Both the position numbers and the translations under genes were made by a program. The notes beneath the pieces were generated by a model. That model was not told the DNA's origin and searched no databases. It saw nothing but the letters and a program-made list of their open reading frames with translations. A stretch of 63,725 bases of DNA, the filler included, from Octopus bimaculoides (Eukaryota), in NCBI RefSeq assembly GCF_001194135.2. It is 3 parts of 3 records of this genome, joined end to end, with 100 filler letters (N's around TTAATTAATTAA, not from the genome) between each part and the next. Parts side by side here need not be neighbours in the genome. Positions count along the whole stretch, not along the records: positions 1 to 29,760 come from NC_068989.1; positions 29,861 to 61,741 come from NC_069010.1; 1 more part is not named here. One strand, given 5' to 3'. Shown here one piece after another: positions 25,857 to 39,084 of this stretch (positions are counted from its first letter, which is position 1; each line of letters opens with the position of its first letter).

Positions 25857-27499
25857 ATGTTGTTCAAAGATTAGTGTTTGAATCTTATGGAAAGCTAACT
25901 GCAACAAACTGGACACTTGCAACTCAGTGGCAACAAATCCACCCGTGTTCACCTTTATATGACTACATCATTTTCTCTTCACTCAGAAGACGAAACTTTT
26001 AGAAATTATAATGCACGTAAGGTCCAATAGTACAGAGATTTGTTGCGTCTGGTAAATTTATTTGACTGCTTAGCCTATGTCGTATATATTGTACTTCAAT
26101 ACATCTTAAATATCAGGTGGTATTTTCAGTTGATGAAGCATGGAAATATGGTTGAATTAATACGTTTATGACTTAACGCGGAGCTGACAAAACCGTTGTT
26201 TGTTCTATGGTTGCTTCTATATTGGGTCTGTTATGATAGGACTAAATACAGTTCGAAACACTTCAAAGGAGTGAGATGATACACTGTTACAGCTACTCTC
26301 CCGCCACACACATACATACACAGGCGCGCTAAAATTGTATTACAGGGCTTAATAAATACGTCAAAAGAGGTGCGGCAGAAACAGTAAAATGCGGGAAGAA
26401 ATATCAGTTTATAGAGTTTAGTCTCGTCTATCTATCTGCACTTCAAGTTCAGATACTACTGGTGTCAACTATGTCTTTCATCTCTCCGACTAAAATTAAG
26501 TACTGAAATAACTATATGGGTTTAGTCAATTTTATCGACTACATTCCTCCCATACAAATACGTGACTGGGTACCAAGAGGAAATATAAAATTGATAGTAA
26601 TTTAGTGGAGCAGCGAAGGTTTGGTTAGAACCAGTGACGGCTCGATTATAGGCACTGCGGAACTGCAGCACCCCCTATTTCCACTCGATATTATCGATAA
26701 CATACGCCATAGAAACCGGGCCCACGAGCCTGGTTAGGCTTTAAAAGGGCGCATAAATAATAAAAAAATTAATGTCAGTCGTCATCTCCTAGTTTATGAG
26801 AAAGATACAAAAATCTTTGTATAGAACTGTGTTAGAATGGGGGTAGCTGACGAAGGAGATGTTCTCTATGTGGCCTGTGTGCTTTCTGTACTCGTTTATC
26901 ATTTTGTCTACGCTTTGTTTGCAATGTCCTGTACCCAGATATGCATCTATATATACAGGTAGATGTAAGTATGTACATACATGTACGTATATATGCATAT
27001 ATTCATTTATTATTTGTATTATATATATATATATATATATATATGGGAGGGGGCTCCCGCATTATTGCTATGGAACAAATTTATTCACAAGGCAATTGAT
27101 TGGTCTAGTACTATAGCAGAAGGCACTTTGCTGAGGTTCAGTTCCACGCCCGGTGCCTGATCCTATCCTTCAAGAAATCGAAGACGTTCTAGATTAAGAC
27201 ATTACTATTCACTTGAACTTAGATCATGAAGTCGATTGCGTTTACATTTATTTTTGCTAAAGGTCAGATTTTTACGTTTAGCAGTTCTTAAGAAATTCCA
27301 CTACAAACTAGAGAGAACAAAAAAACAAGCCGAATATGAACTTCTACCTGTATCAAGTTTCGTTGATAAATTCATTTACGACTGCCTGTAACATTGAGAT
27401 ATTAAGTTTAATGACTATAAGAACTTGATAAATATCTTCCAGCTGTTTAGAAAGTTGCGTTTAATTTTTCTACGTGAATTATACCAATTTAATAACTGT

Positions 27500-27850
27500 T
27501 TCAAGTGCCAACAATTTTAGGGGAAGGAGTTAATCGATTAAATCGATCCCAATACTCAACTTGTACTTATTTTATCGACTCCAAAAGGATGAAAGTTAAG
27601 GACGACCTCGACGGCATTTCAACTCAGACTATGAGAAGTCAGATGAAATGCCGCTAAACATTTTGTCTGACGTGGTTAACGGTTTAACCTGCTCGTTGCT
27701 TTAATAACTTTGAATTTTGGAACCAGGCCAATAATTTTAGGGGATGGGGTAAATCGATTACATCGATCTCAGTGCTCATATGATAATTATTTTATCGATC
27801 CCAAAAAGATGAAAGGCAAAGTCGACCGCAGAAGAATTTGAACTCTTAAC
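27500..27850 (-). mobile_element. Two old SINE family 2 copies in tandem
   Basis: Two bodies: ggatgaaagttaaggacgacc and gatgaaaggcaaagtcgacc. Confidence 0.6.
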
Positions 27851-28577
27851 CAGCGCTGGATTTACCATTAAGCAAAATAAGGCACATGCTTAGGGCATGT
27901 GGCAAATGGTTTACGGCACAAAAGAAATCACTTTAAACTTGCTAAAATAATATTCGAAGTGGTTTATATGATCGGAAACATAATTTTGAAGTGTTCACGT
28001 TGTTGTAGCAAGACTGTTGTCATAAAATGTTACACCATTTAGGGTTAAATAGTTGGAAATCGGCTCATCCTACATGTTTCTAACGATTGGTCACTTAAAC
28101 CGGTCATGTGATGGTGTTATATTTGACCGAGTCTGTTTCTTGGATTGGTCAAATTTTGCGCAGGATACAGTTTTATATCCAATCGCTTTGTGCGATAGAC
28201 CAACTAGCACGGCAAAATCAAGTGCTTCTGTGAGCCTCAGTTTATCTTTGAATGAGAGAATTTTTCCTGTTTTCGCCAGTGATGTGAGAATTTTCTGAGA
28301 GACTGCCAGGAAGCTATGTGCCGTTATTTTATTCCTGTTTGCCAAGCACTTATTCTCAAGTTTCGACTGAGTTGAGAAGTACACTATGTGCTACAGACGA
28401 CAGCGTGCTAACGTTTCTGCCAGCTCGCCGCCAAAATCCATACAAACACCGAAAAGAAAAGAAAAAAACAAAACAACAAACAAATACATTTTAAATGATG
28501 GATGCACTCTCCTACCGAAAACGACGGATGAACGTTCAGCTTTTGCCGAACGACCTGCACAAATGATTGGTTTATAG

Positions 28578-28850
28578 CAGAGGTTCCCAAACTTTTTCGG
28601 GATACCGTCCCCTTGACACCCAGGCCACATTCCTAGCACTCCCACCCCAACTAACCATCACAAACACAGACCTCTTTTTGAAGCAAATTCAATGCAACTG
28701 TATTCAACAAATAAAACTTAACCCAATGAACCATTATTTTATTGTTTTTACATGAATCGCTCCCCCATTATCGCTCCACTTTTCTTCAACTTGGAACTTT
28801 CTGCCACCCTCGGGGTGGCGGGGCAATACCGCCCACTTTGGGAATCACTG
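28578..28850. mobile_element. hAT-type MITE
   Basis: Imperfect 16-bp TIRs cagaggttcccaaact / actttgggaatcactg; exact 8-bp TSD gtttatag at 28570-28577 and 28851-28858. Confidence 0.85.
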
Positions 28851-28865
28851 GTTTATAGTGATCAA

Positions 28866-29080
28866 ATGCATGTGATGTACATTAGCTCTCTCTCTCTCCA
28901 TCAAATCGGCGTTGTCTGAACAGGTGCACCGTGTACCTGGCGTCAGGTGTCGAAGTAATCGTAGAGTTACGTGCGTTAAAGTGTTTTGCTCAAGAACACA
29001 ACGCACCACCCATTCTAGGAATTGAAATCACGATCGTCAGATCGTGAGTGCAACACTCTAACCACTAAGCCATGCATCCT
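28866..29080 (-). mobile_element. SINE family 4 (tRNA-like head)
   Basis: Minus strand reads gcatggcttagtggttagagtg...gatttcaattcc...ttgtgttcttgagcaaaacac; second copy at 47229-47395. Confidence 0.7.
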
Positions 29081-29414
29081 CGTTTTAAATAAGACCAGAA
29101 AATTTAATAGATGGGACGGCCTTGGGTAGAATTCCATTGATCGTACAATAGGTCTGCTAGAATCAAAGCTGATCTGGGTTTAAATAACCGTAATAGTTAG
29201 CGACGTATTCATCCACAAGTCAACGACTCCTTAACTGCAGTCACTCGATATGTTAAAAATAACTGTCAAATCATTTATGGAATGTCTTTGATCGTGAAGG
29301 TCTTCTGTTCAAGGGCAAAGCAACAAAACCAACAGAAGCAGCATCAGTAACAACAACAACAACAACGACAGCAACGACAAGTGTAATGGCAACAATAGCC
29401 AGTACAACAATAGT

Positions 29415-29626
29415 AACGGCGAGCTGGCAGAAACGTTAGCATGCCGGGCGAAATGCTTAGCGGTATTTCGTCTGCCGTTACGTTCTGAGTTCAAATTCCG
29501 CCGAGGTCGACTTTGCCTTTCATCCTTTCAGGGTCGTAAATTGAATACCAGTTGCGTACTGTGGTCGATCTAATCGATTGGCCTCCTCCCTCAAAATTTC
29601 GGGCTCTGTACCTAGAGTAGAAAAGA
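29415..29626 (+). mobile_element. SINE family 2, full length, tail A
   Basis: cggcgagctggcagaaacgttagc...cctagagtagaaaagaat. Confidence 0.85.
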
Positions 29627-29760
29627 ATACTGTGTCCTTTTTGTCTTTTTAAATGGTAATGTGATATGAAGACGCTTGGTTTAAAAATAGATGAGATGAT
29701 CACATTTGGAACGCAGGATGGTCGCGGCTAGGTGGAAGAGTCGCGGTTGGAACGCTTTTC

Positions 29761-29860
29761 NNNNNNNNNNNNNNNNNNNNNNNNNNNNNNNNNNNNNNNN
29801 NNNNTTAATTAATTAANNNNNNNNNNNNNNNNNNNNNNNNNNNNNNNNNNNNNNNNNNNN
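29761..29860. other. Artificial scaffold spacer (N44-TTAATTAATTAA-N44)
   Basis: Exactly 100 nt; a palindromic six-frame stop linker; an identical construct occurs at 61742-61841. Confidence 0.9.
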
Positions 29861-30864
29861 AGCTAAGTGAGACCAAAATCTAAGGCCTCTGCCAGGGATG
29901 TAGCCAGCCCACTTACGCGTAACTTCCTTCTTTGGACACTAAACTCTGCTTGCGAAGACCTTTTGAGGCAAGTGAAATCCAAATCAAACTAAATTTGTAG
30001 ACTGGTACCCATGCCAATGTCTCTTCATTGAACACTAAACTCGGCTTGCGAGGTGTTCTTAGTGCTCCACTGGTACAGGTGCCATCACGATTTCGCTTTT
30101 GCTTGCCCCAACAGGTCTTCGCAAGCCAAATCCAATAATGTTCGGATGTTATTGTTTTGGTTTCATTCAATATAAAATAAAGTTATGTGAAATATTTTTG
30201 ATATTCATCAGATTTATTTTACAAAATATTGCAGTGACACTTTTTAATTACTTGATCTTAATTAGCATTGGTGACAGATGCATTATAGTAGTGGTGACGG
30301 AATGGAATGTAAGTAGGGTTACACATTCCTTTTAATATTTTTCTTATATCAACAATGACATCAGAAAAACAGTTTCTGTCAGTGAAACCCTTCTGCAAGT
30401 ATCTTTTATATCTTCAAATGTGTTGGCAACTGGGTTTCCACCCAATTAAGGTCCACCACATTGATAGAGAGGGCATCAATAGGGTAGAACTAAATATTGC
30501 TCATCTGGAAAGAAAGCTGCTTTATTAATAAGGGCTACTGAGGTTGAAATATACCCAAATATTTGCTGAATCAGATGACATTCTGGTGAAATGTGGTGTC
30601 AGCAATTAGAATTCAAGATTACCAGCAGTAACGTTTAGCAAAGAGGGCAGGTGTATGTTGACCCTATTTCAAATGGTGTGTCATGTATTTGTGGCTATAT
30701 CATTAATGGCCAACTAGTAACACCTTAAAAAAGTGTTGACTACAAGCATAGTGTTCCCTATTTGACTATTGACGATAACATGTCCCACAATAATGAAACA
30801 TAGATTAATAATAACAATAATGAAATTATATTATAATATATAAAATTTGGAATATTAATTTCAG

Positions 30865-30912
30865 AGAGTGTAAAGATTCTGGAGGACGACCTTGAGGCAC
30901 CACAGCAAATTA
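30865..30912 (+). CDS. Candidate 48-nt phase-1/1 exon of the death-domain gene (SVKILEDDLEAPQQI)
   Basis: tttcag acceptor, gtgagt donor, open frame; flanking introns homologous to those of the 72-nt exons. Confidence 0.4.
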
Positions 30913-31737
30913 GTGAGTATAAAATAAACAGTGACCAATTGATTTCTATAAATTGTACTTGAACTTGGGTTTTTTTAGTTTATCAGAATGACTGGGAACA
31001 GTTTTCATTCCTAACTTACATTTGAAAGATTAGCTGTATAATAATTCTATTGAATATATCGATATTACTGAAATTTCACAAAATATCCAAAGAGGTTAGA
31101 ATTGTTCGTAAAATGGACAATTTAGAAGACAATGGGGTTAATAATATATTTTGGAACAGAAAACAAAATTATGTTGTTGTTTAAGAGTAAACAGTTGATT
31201 TAATTTTAATTTGTTTTACATCATTACTAAGCTTATTGATAAGTTGTTGTTACGTATAAGTGTCATAGCCTGGCAAAGTTACCTTGCCATGTGTTCCAGG
31301 GGTGAACACTCTGTCTTTTTCACTGATAGTAAGTCGATCAGTAAATCCACTAAACCTTTTCTTTATCGAAATAGAAGAGTTTGGTTTGCAGCGACGACAT
31401 GTCATAGATGTATTATAGATGTAAGAAAGAAAAGAGAGAACTAAGAGAAAATCAGTTTTATTAAGTCTTAATCAAAAGCGTTAATTCCATTTGTGTTAGA
31501 TTGTGCAAGATGACTTAAGAGAGAAAGAGAAATGGGGACTTAAGAAGATTGGTCTTTTGTTGGTGGAGCTAAATATTGAGCTATTATATGGTATCACTGT
31601 AGAAAGTATAAAGATATTTACCAAAACCACTAGTTGAGTGCTTGTGATAGGAATGTCTCACAAAAGTAAAATATACACTATTAAGAAAGATTTTAAAAAA
31701 TTCTATAAATTGTAAAACTTTGATATATGTATTTCAG

Positions 31738-31809
31738 AGAGGTTAAGGCTGGAGGAGAAACACCTCCATAGTATAGAAAAGAAATTGTCAGTTAAGCAGC
31801 AACATGTTG
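31738..31809 (+). CDS. Candidate 72-nt phase-1/1 exon, paralogue of the DD N-terminal exon (RLRLEEKHLHSIEKKLSVKQQHV)
   Basis: tttcag/gtgagt; same length and phase as 37912-37983; similar peptide but lacks the conserved Trp. Confidence 0.5.
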
Positions 31810-32374
31810 GTGAGTATAAAATAACTGTACCAAATTGATTTTTATATGATTTACTTCATCTGAGCATATTTTGTTTGCCGGAAAGACTGAAAATAGGTTC
31901 TATTCCTAAAATTACCAATTGAAAGATTAGCTATAGAATAATTCTATTAAAGATATTACTAAAACTGAATAAAATGTCTACCAAGGGTGGACCACACAAT
32001 ACAGCTAATGTTGGCTTCTGGAAAAGAGAACTAAAATATATAATTGCTCAAGGGTCAAAGAAAATGCGTAATGAAAACAGTTTTGTTTGTTTTACATTTT
32101 TACTAAGTTTAATTATAGGATGTCATCATTGTTGTTGTTTAGGTAGATGTGTCTCATAAACTGGCGCACTTACAATGGAATGTTGCAAGTGCGAAAAGTG
32201 TCTTTTTTCGTTGATAGTAAATCTAACATTACGTCCACTAAACATTGTCTTTATCCAAGCTGAAGACTTTGGTTTGCTGCTCACACAAAACTTTGTTTTT
32301 TTCTCTCTCTCTCTCTCTCCCTCTCTCTCCCTCTCTCTCTTCCTGATAGATAATGGCTGCAAAAAGCAATATAA

Positions 32375-32545
32375 GAAATGATATCACCCTCATCATTTAT
32401 CCTTTAATTTCCGTGCTCCCATGGATTGGATGGGTGGTCCCTGTCCAAGTCAGTTCTTATTATTGCCCTCCTGGATTGGTTGAGGAACACATCTCACACA
32501 TTCCAGTTTTTCTCTGATGGTATGCCCTTCTTAACACCAACTACT
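32375..32545 (-). mobile_element. RTE-type LINE 3' tail fragment
   Basis: Reverse complement ttggtgttaagaagggcat...ccatccaatccatg... matches 34530-34690. Confidence 0.5.
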
Positions 32546-32689
32546 TTATAATGGATCCTGGGTGCATTGAATTGTGACACAAGCACTAGCAAAATTATCT
32601 TTCGCAACAAAATTAAACATACCCCTCTGAATTATGCAAAGATAGATCGAACATATTGCAATATAGGAGAGTAAATGGTTAGAGTATCG

Positions 32690-33945
32690 CTCCTTAAGAA
32701 CGTTTATGGCGTTACTTGGAAGCTGTTTTTCATATGCCAAGAAGGGAAGGTTAAAATGGACTGAAGATGAACTAGATGTGCATATACAGGTGCCCTACAT
32801 TGACTCAAAGCAAAATCAACCATTCCCACTCCTGGACAATTTGAAATGTCATCGAAACCATGATTCAAATCAGTCTCATGATGTCAGCAATAAACAAGTT
32901 TAAAGCTGAGTGAAGAAGGCAAAAGCAAAGATTGCTCCAGGATGTGATGGTGTACCATATAGAGTGTACATGCGTTGTACTCAATCATATTAGAAGTATT
33001 AGCTACTACCCTGAGAGTTGTGGCTGAAAGATGAACTGGTTGATGCAAGTCAGGTGTTTACTTACATTAAGCTGAAGCAGACTAAATTGGCCAGTTCAGA
33101 CCAGTTTCAATCTTGAATATAGATGGTAAGATTTGCATGCATATACTTGCTAAGATATCTACAAAATAATGGCTACGGGACTGAGAGAATTCAGACGACT
33201 GCGTGTGAGCATTTTCAATCTGGAACGTGATACAAGACAGAAAGAAGAATAAAAGGGACTTGAATTCTTTATAGATTGATCTTGCTAAAGCTTACAGGTT
33301 TGTATCACACAAATTTTTAATGGACACAGTGGAATTCTTTTATATCTTAGACGAGATTAAAGATCTGATGAGGAGCTGCTATAACAGTTTCAAAATATGC
33401 TTCAAGAAAGAAAATGAAACAAAAACAGACCAGTATCATCTTGGAATCGGAATTTCTGTAGTTTGTATTATATCAATCATTTGGTTTTTGCTTACGATGG
33501 AGGTTTTACTTAGATGAGCAGATTGATCAGAAGGAATGGCTCAAGGGAAATCACCGAAGAAGTCATTCGTGGATGATACCACAATACTAACAAGTGACCC
33601 AAAGGATATGCAAATAGTTCTGCATAGACTGGATTAATTAATTACTTGGTAAAGAATGAAAGTTAAAGCAAATACTTCATGCAGTCTGTCGTTTGTCGAA
33701 TGTAAGCAGAAGTAAGTAAATTTAAATATAGCAAGAGAAGCCATATCAAAGGTAAAAGACAAATCTATAAAAGGATTAGGATGATGATGTACTAGCTTGC
33801 TGTCTGGTAGGGGAGTGGAGGCATTGATACATAGCTTGGCACAAGCAAAAGAATTATAAGCATTAAATACGCCAAAGTGACTGGGCAAATACGGTCTTTG
33901 TCGCTTCCATTTTGATCTCTATCTCCGACTTGCTTATATATTCTT
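32690..33945 (+). pseudogene. Decayed reverse transcriptase of an RLE-type (HERO/NeSL-like) non-LTR retrotransposon
   Basis: Remnant motifs APGCDGVPYRVY, FRPVSILNIDGK, IDLAKAY-FVSH, FFYILDEIK, SFVDDTTIL, RMKVKA; many stops. Confidence 0.75.
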
Positions 33946-34213
33946 GAGAATCACTTTTTAAATACCATTTAAGATATATTCATTTTAGAGTAACATGTTG
34001 CTCAATAGTTGCATGTAGTTAATGATACTTGATACAAGTGTACAGTGTTTTTAGACACCTATTATTATTTAGCTATTCGACCTGTGCGTGTCACTCACCT
34101 GGAAAGAAATCTGATTCATTAAGGAAGATGAATAACAAATATTTCCTGAATCAAACGACATTATGCTTAAGTGTGATACGGGGAGTAAAAATTAAAGATT
34201 ATCAGTTTCAATG

Positions 34214-34267
<54 letters not shown>

Positions 34268-34272
<5 letters not shown>

Positions 34273-34690
34273 GATGTGGAAGAGGGAGACCCAGGAAGAC
34301 ATTGGACAAAGTAGTGGAGGCCGACCTCAAAACTCTGAGAGTTACGAAATAAATGACAGAGTTGAAATATGGAGCACATTGCTGTACTTGAGAAGATCTC
34401 CCCACCGTATCTGAATGTAGAACCTAAAATTAAAGTACCAAGTACAAAGTATCGGAACAGGTGCTGAACAGGTGCTGGTGAAAAACACTAGTGCTGGTGA
34501 CACGTAAAAAGCATGCAGCATATTGTGTGAAGTGGTTGGTGTAAGGAAGGGACTCCAGCTGAAGAAACCAACAGAAAAGAGATTATAGAATCTGGTGCAG
34601 CCCCTGGCCTTGCCAGTTCCTGGTCCTACCAGTTACTGACCATCCAACCCTTGCCAGAATGGATAACAGATGTCAAATGTTGATGATAGT
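34268..34690 (+). mobile_element. RTE-clade LINE 3' end, degraded
   Basis: GRPRKTLDKVVEADLKTL remnant followed by the gtggttggtgtaaggaaggg...ccatccaacc 3' UTR. Confidence 0.6.
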
Positions 34691-36529
34691 ATGAATATTA
34701 TTGAAATTTCATAAAATAATTACCGATGTTAACATGGTTGGGAATATGGATAAATTACTATTTCAGATATTTTCACTGCATTAATGTGTGAATGACTAAT
34801 GATATGTAGTTAATGAGGGTTTGTATAAATGTACAATATTTTCGGACACTTGTTATCATTTTCTGTTCCATTTCATGTGTCCAAAGAGGTGTGAATGACA
34901 TTAAAATGTCTTCAAAACTTTGCTGAATCAGATGATACTCTGGTGATGTGGACAGTTAAAATTAAAAAGTAACAACTGTACGCTTTAAGAATGAGAGAAT
35001 GCGTATGTTTATCTTACCTGAATTATTGTGTCATGTGTTTGTGGTTGATCACTGATGATCAAATTGGTTGATGTTAGAATTAAGGAAAAGATGAAAAGAA
35101 ATTTGGTCAATAATTTCAAGAAGTAGGAGGACAATATTATGTCACACGTGTAATACAGATGCAGTGTGTTCAGCCTAAATTTGACAACTGTTTATGTCTT
35201 CTATATTCAGAGACACCGGGATGTATTGTTGAACGACAATCAATGACAATGGACTTTATAAAGATGAAAGATGTAATTGAGAAAATGTTAGCTGACATGG
35301 ACGACTGCAATCGAACTAGGGATTAGAAAAGAATTACCTGGATTATGATGTACAAATACCACATATCAAAATGACAACACCATGGCTGCTGTTCAACAAT
35401 TTGTAAACATTTTAAAAGCTGTAAACCATAACATGGGCAGCTGCAAAGGGGACTACAAAGCCCTGGCCAGTAGGTCTTCAGTTGCGTCCCCAGTGAAGGA
35501 GGCATGATGTCACCCCACATCTTTGAACACAGCTTTGAACACAGCTTTGGGTTCAATTGAGATGACCATGCAATGATCCATGAGACGGTGGTCAAGCACT
35601 TTCTGAACACAGTTGGTTCTGTCTGAAAGGACTTAAAAGTAGCATCAGGATTTAGATCCTTTCCATACCCCCAGAAAGAGTCAAAAGTATTTGTCGGAGA
35701 ATTTTTATAACTTCAGTTGACTCAATTTCTAGCTTTCTAATTTCCCTGATTGTAATCCTATGGATTATTAAGTATGGGCCACCCGGGGAGAAAGACACCA
35801 TCCGCTGTAACGGCAACACGAAAATTGGGCCTGTGGGCGAGACTAAGGAGGTGTTCAAAGATTTTCCAGGCACCATAGAGAGGAATGCTTGTGTCAGGTT
35901 GCAGAGGCACCTTAAAAGCGTGGTGGAAGCTGAGGGAAATTCCTTTGGGTAATTTATATTCTCCTAGCCACATCTCGTTGAAATTTGTTCACTTAAATAC
36001 TTTTTTTTTTAATGTGACATTGTACATTCTTTTATTCAAACTGACAAATTTAAACTGAACATTTTAAATAAGAAACGAAAGTCTAAATGAACAAAAGAAC
36101 AGCAAACAGTGTTATCAAGTGATAATTAAATGAGAAATTGCAACATTGTTAGATTATGGAGGATGTCTTAATATATATAGAGAGAGTAGGTTTAGGAAAG
36201 TTTAGGGGTAAGCGTCTAAGTTAATGGCAATATTCTTGTTTGATTTACATTTTGACTGACATTTTGAATATTGATAATTTATTATAGTTAGTGTTAAACC
36301 AGATGTCTTTTGTAATCTAGCAGTCTTATGATTTACTGCTAGTAAATCTATCATTAGATCCACTACATATTGTATATATCTACCAACAAGACTTTGATTT
36401 ACAACTGAGATAACAGCTGTCTCTCTCTTTTCCTTCTCTCTCTCTCCCTATTTCTGTATCTCTATCTTTCTCTTTCACCCTGTTTCTCTTTCTCTCTCTT
36501 TAAAATAGATTCCTGCTGCAAGTTTCATG

Positions 36530-36990
36530 TCCTCATAATAGAGAAACTATTTTTAGGAAGGTTACTCAAGTTTTGTTGTGGACTTAAATTTGGCGGAGTT
36601 AATGGGATCATTGTATAATCTTTACCTGTTAGAGTTGTAGCAAAAAAGTGGATCAGTTGATGATTGGTTCAAGGCAGAAGGAGATTACTTACCAATGGAT
36701 GCTAATACAGAACCGATCGAGCAATTCAGAACAATTTCAGTCTTGAATATAGATGGCAATATTTGCTTAGGTGTACTTGCTGAGGGACCAATTCGATATC
36801 TACAAAATAATGGCTATAGGACTTAAGACAAAAAGAAGAAAAAATGGATTTCTATGTTGCATGACTTGATGTGGCTAATACTTCACATTCTGTATCACAC
36901 AAATAAATGAGAGCACAATAGATTTATTTTATATATGAGATAAGATAAAGGATGTGATGAGGATATCTGTTTAACATGTTCCAATGGATT
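36530..36990 (+). pseudogene. Second HERO/NeSL-like RT fragment
   Basis: EQFRTISVLNIDGN...YLQNNGY; homologous to 33090-33390. Confidence 0.65.
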
Positions 36991-37299
36991 GGATGAATGG
37001 TCAATATCAAAGTCACATCTTATTCAGAATTACTGACCACCTTCCTTGGTTGAAGAACACACGCAACTCACTTAAACATTCCAGATTTTCTATGGCGGTA
37101 TGGCCCTTCTAAATCCAGAAACCTTATAAATAGTCCTGAGTGAATTTTATTGTGGTATAAACATTAGAAAGATTGCCGACTCCTCAACATCTCTCTCACT
37201 TATGCAAAGTAACATCAGACATGCTGGAACAGGGAATGAGTTTAAGTGGTTTAGAGAACAGCACCTTCAGAACACTTATGCAGTTAATAGGAAAGTATT

Positions 37300-37600
37300 T
37301 GCAGGTGCTAAGTGCAGCAGTCTACAATGTACTGAAAATGAACTGGACAGGTATATACAGGGGCCCTAGAGTGACCCACAGCATGGTCAGCAGTTCCAGC
37401 TCATGGACGATTTGAAACATTGAATGAAAATAGGAATCACATTCCAGCTTGGTTATTTCATCAAGAAACAAGAAGATAGCTGTGTGAAGAAGGTAAAAGC
37501 CAAAGGGGCCCCAGAGGTCGACAGTGTGCCAAAGAAAGTGTACAAGTATTTGTACAGGATTCTGTTATAAGCTTTACGTACTACTTAGAGAATTGTGACA
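37300..37600 (+). pseudogene. Third HERO/NeSL-like fragment (pre-RT region)
   Basis: LKCTENELDRYIQ...KVKAKGAPEVDSVPKKVYK; homologous to 32750-32980. Confidence 0.55.
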
Positions 37601-37911
37601 TGAAAGTGAACTAGTTCATCGAGTGATGATTAGATGAGATATTTGCTATGCTATTTGATAATGTACAAAGTTTTTATTAGAAAGGGGAGGTTTAGGAAGG
37701 TTAATACATTCCGTTGTGGACCTAAATATTGAGCAATTGCATGGGACACTGAAAGAAAGTATAAAAATATTGACCAAAACCATAGTGGTCACCAATCGAC
37801 CATTGATAATAGGAATGACTTACAGTATAAAATACAGTAATAAAATAAAGACCAATTAACAGACAGAGAAATAATACAATGAAGTGTAAAATTTGGAAAT
37901 ATTTATTTCAG

Positions 37912-37983
37912 AGTATCTAAAACTGAATAAGGAGCTTCTTCATGGTACAGCAAAGAAGTTAGGGAGCAACTGGCAGCAAGCTG
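37912..37983 (+). CDS. Death-domain gene, penultimate exon (YLKLNKELLHGTAKKLGSNWQQA)
   Basis: tttcag acceptor, gtgagt donor, phase 1; splices in frame to 39774; L-x2-ia-x-LG-x2-W-x2 pattern of DD helices 1-2. Confidence 0.8.
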
Positions 37984-39052
37984 GTGAGTATAAAATACGT
38001 AACTGATTTCTATAAATTTTGTCATTACTCAAACTTGATTGTTTGAATATCTGAGAATAAGTTCCATTCCTAATTTCGTAATTAAAGGTTAGCCAAAGAT
38101 ATTAATGATGTTAGCATAGTTTTGCATGGTTAATGAAAGAGATAACTTAGACAATACAATAGAGTTTATATTGTCATTTGGAACAGGTAACTAAATGATA
38201 TTGTTTAAAGCTGAGTTATGTTTATGTTTGTTTACGTTGTTTACATTTCTACTAGGTTGTTGCTGTTGTAGTTGTTGTTGTTGATATTTTGGGTAAATGG
38301 TTTCCTTAATCTGGCAGACTTAAGAGGAAAATAGTTCCAGATGTGACATCATTGTTTTACTTGGGAGAACAGGATCACTTTATCAAATGCAACTTTTTTA
38401 ATAGGAAAGTGTGCATTTTGTGTGACATGTTGTAATCTGCCCTTTGGCCAGTCTGTTTCTCTATATTTATTGTAGTTCTTTAACGCCAGGTCAACCTATT
38501 GTCTTATCTCTAAACAGACAAGCCCTATTGTTGATTGTGTTCATGGGTAGATTGAACTCAGCACATGTAAGTTAATGAAACACTAATTAATAATTAATTA
38601 TGCCAACAGATGCAAACTCGAATTTATTTTGTTTCTCAATTGAAATCATTTCACTCTTCTTTACATTACAAATGTCCTTTGGAAAGGCATGAACATCACA
38701 ATAACCCATTTCGTCTTGTCTGAATGTGTAACAAAATAACATCTCATTTCTACAATGTTCCCAGCAATGCCTCCCCATGCTACATATCTAGGTAGACTGC
38801 ACCATAGAGAAATGTCTTTACCAGGGACATAGAGCAGTGATGGAGACTAGATCTGAACCTCTGATCCTTGACTCAAGAGGTCATGACAATATCCTGTCTG
38901 TCTGCTAACAGAAATGTATTATCTAAACTAAGAGAGGATATCATCTATGACATATCAAACTTGTTATATTCCTGGAATTAATATAAAATTACCAGTCACA
39001 TACTAGGGTAAAATCAATCCACTAACAGCAGTCCATTATCATCATCATCACC

Positions 39053-39084
<32 letters not shown>

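Noticed and set aside
29805-29816. TTAATTAATTAA palindrome inside N runs (also 61786-61797)
   Set aside because: An identical 44+12+44 layout occurs twice, so this is an artificial six-frame-stop scaffold linker. Features on either side are not necessarily neighbours in the genome.
35211-35327. Possible fourth exon (ETPGCIVERQSMTMDFIKMKDVIEKML…*) after an intron block homologous to 30560-30720
   Set aside because: The acceptor is plausible, but I found no phase-1 donor and no peptide similarity; too weak to call without RNA data
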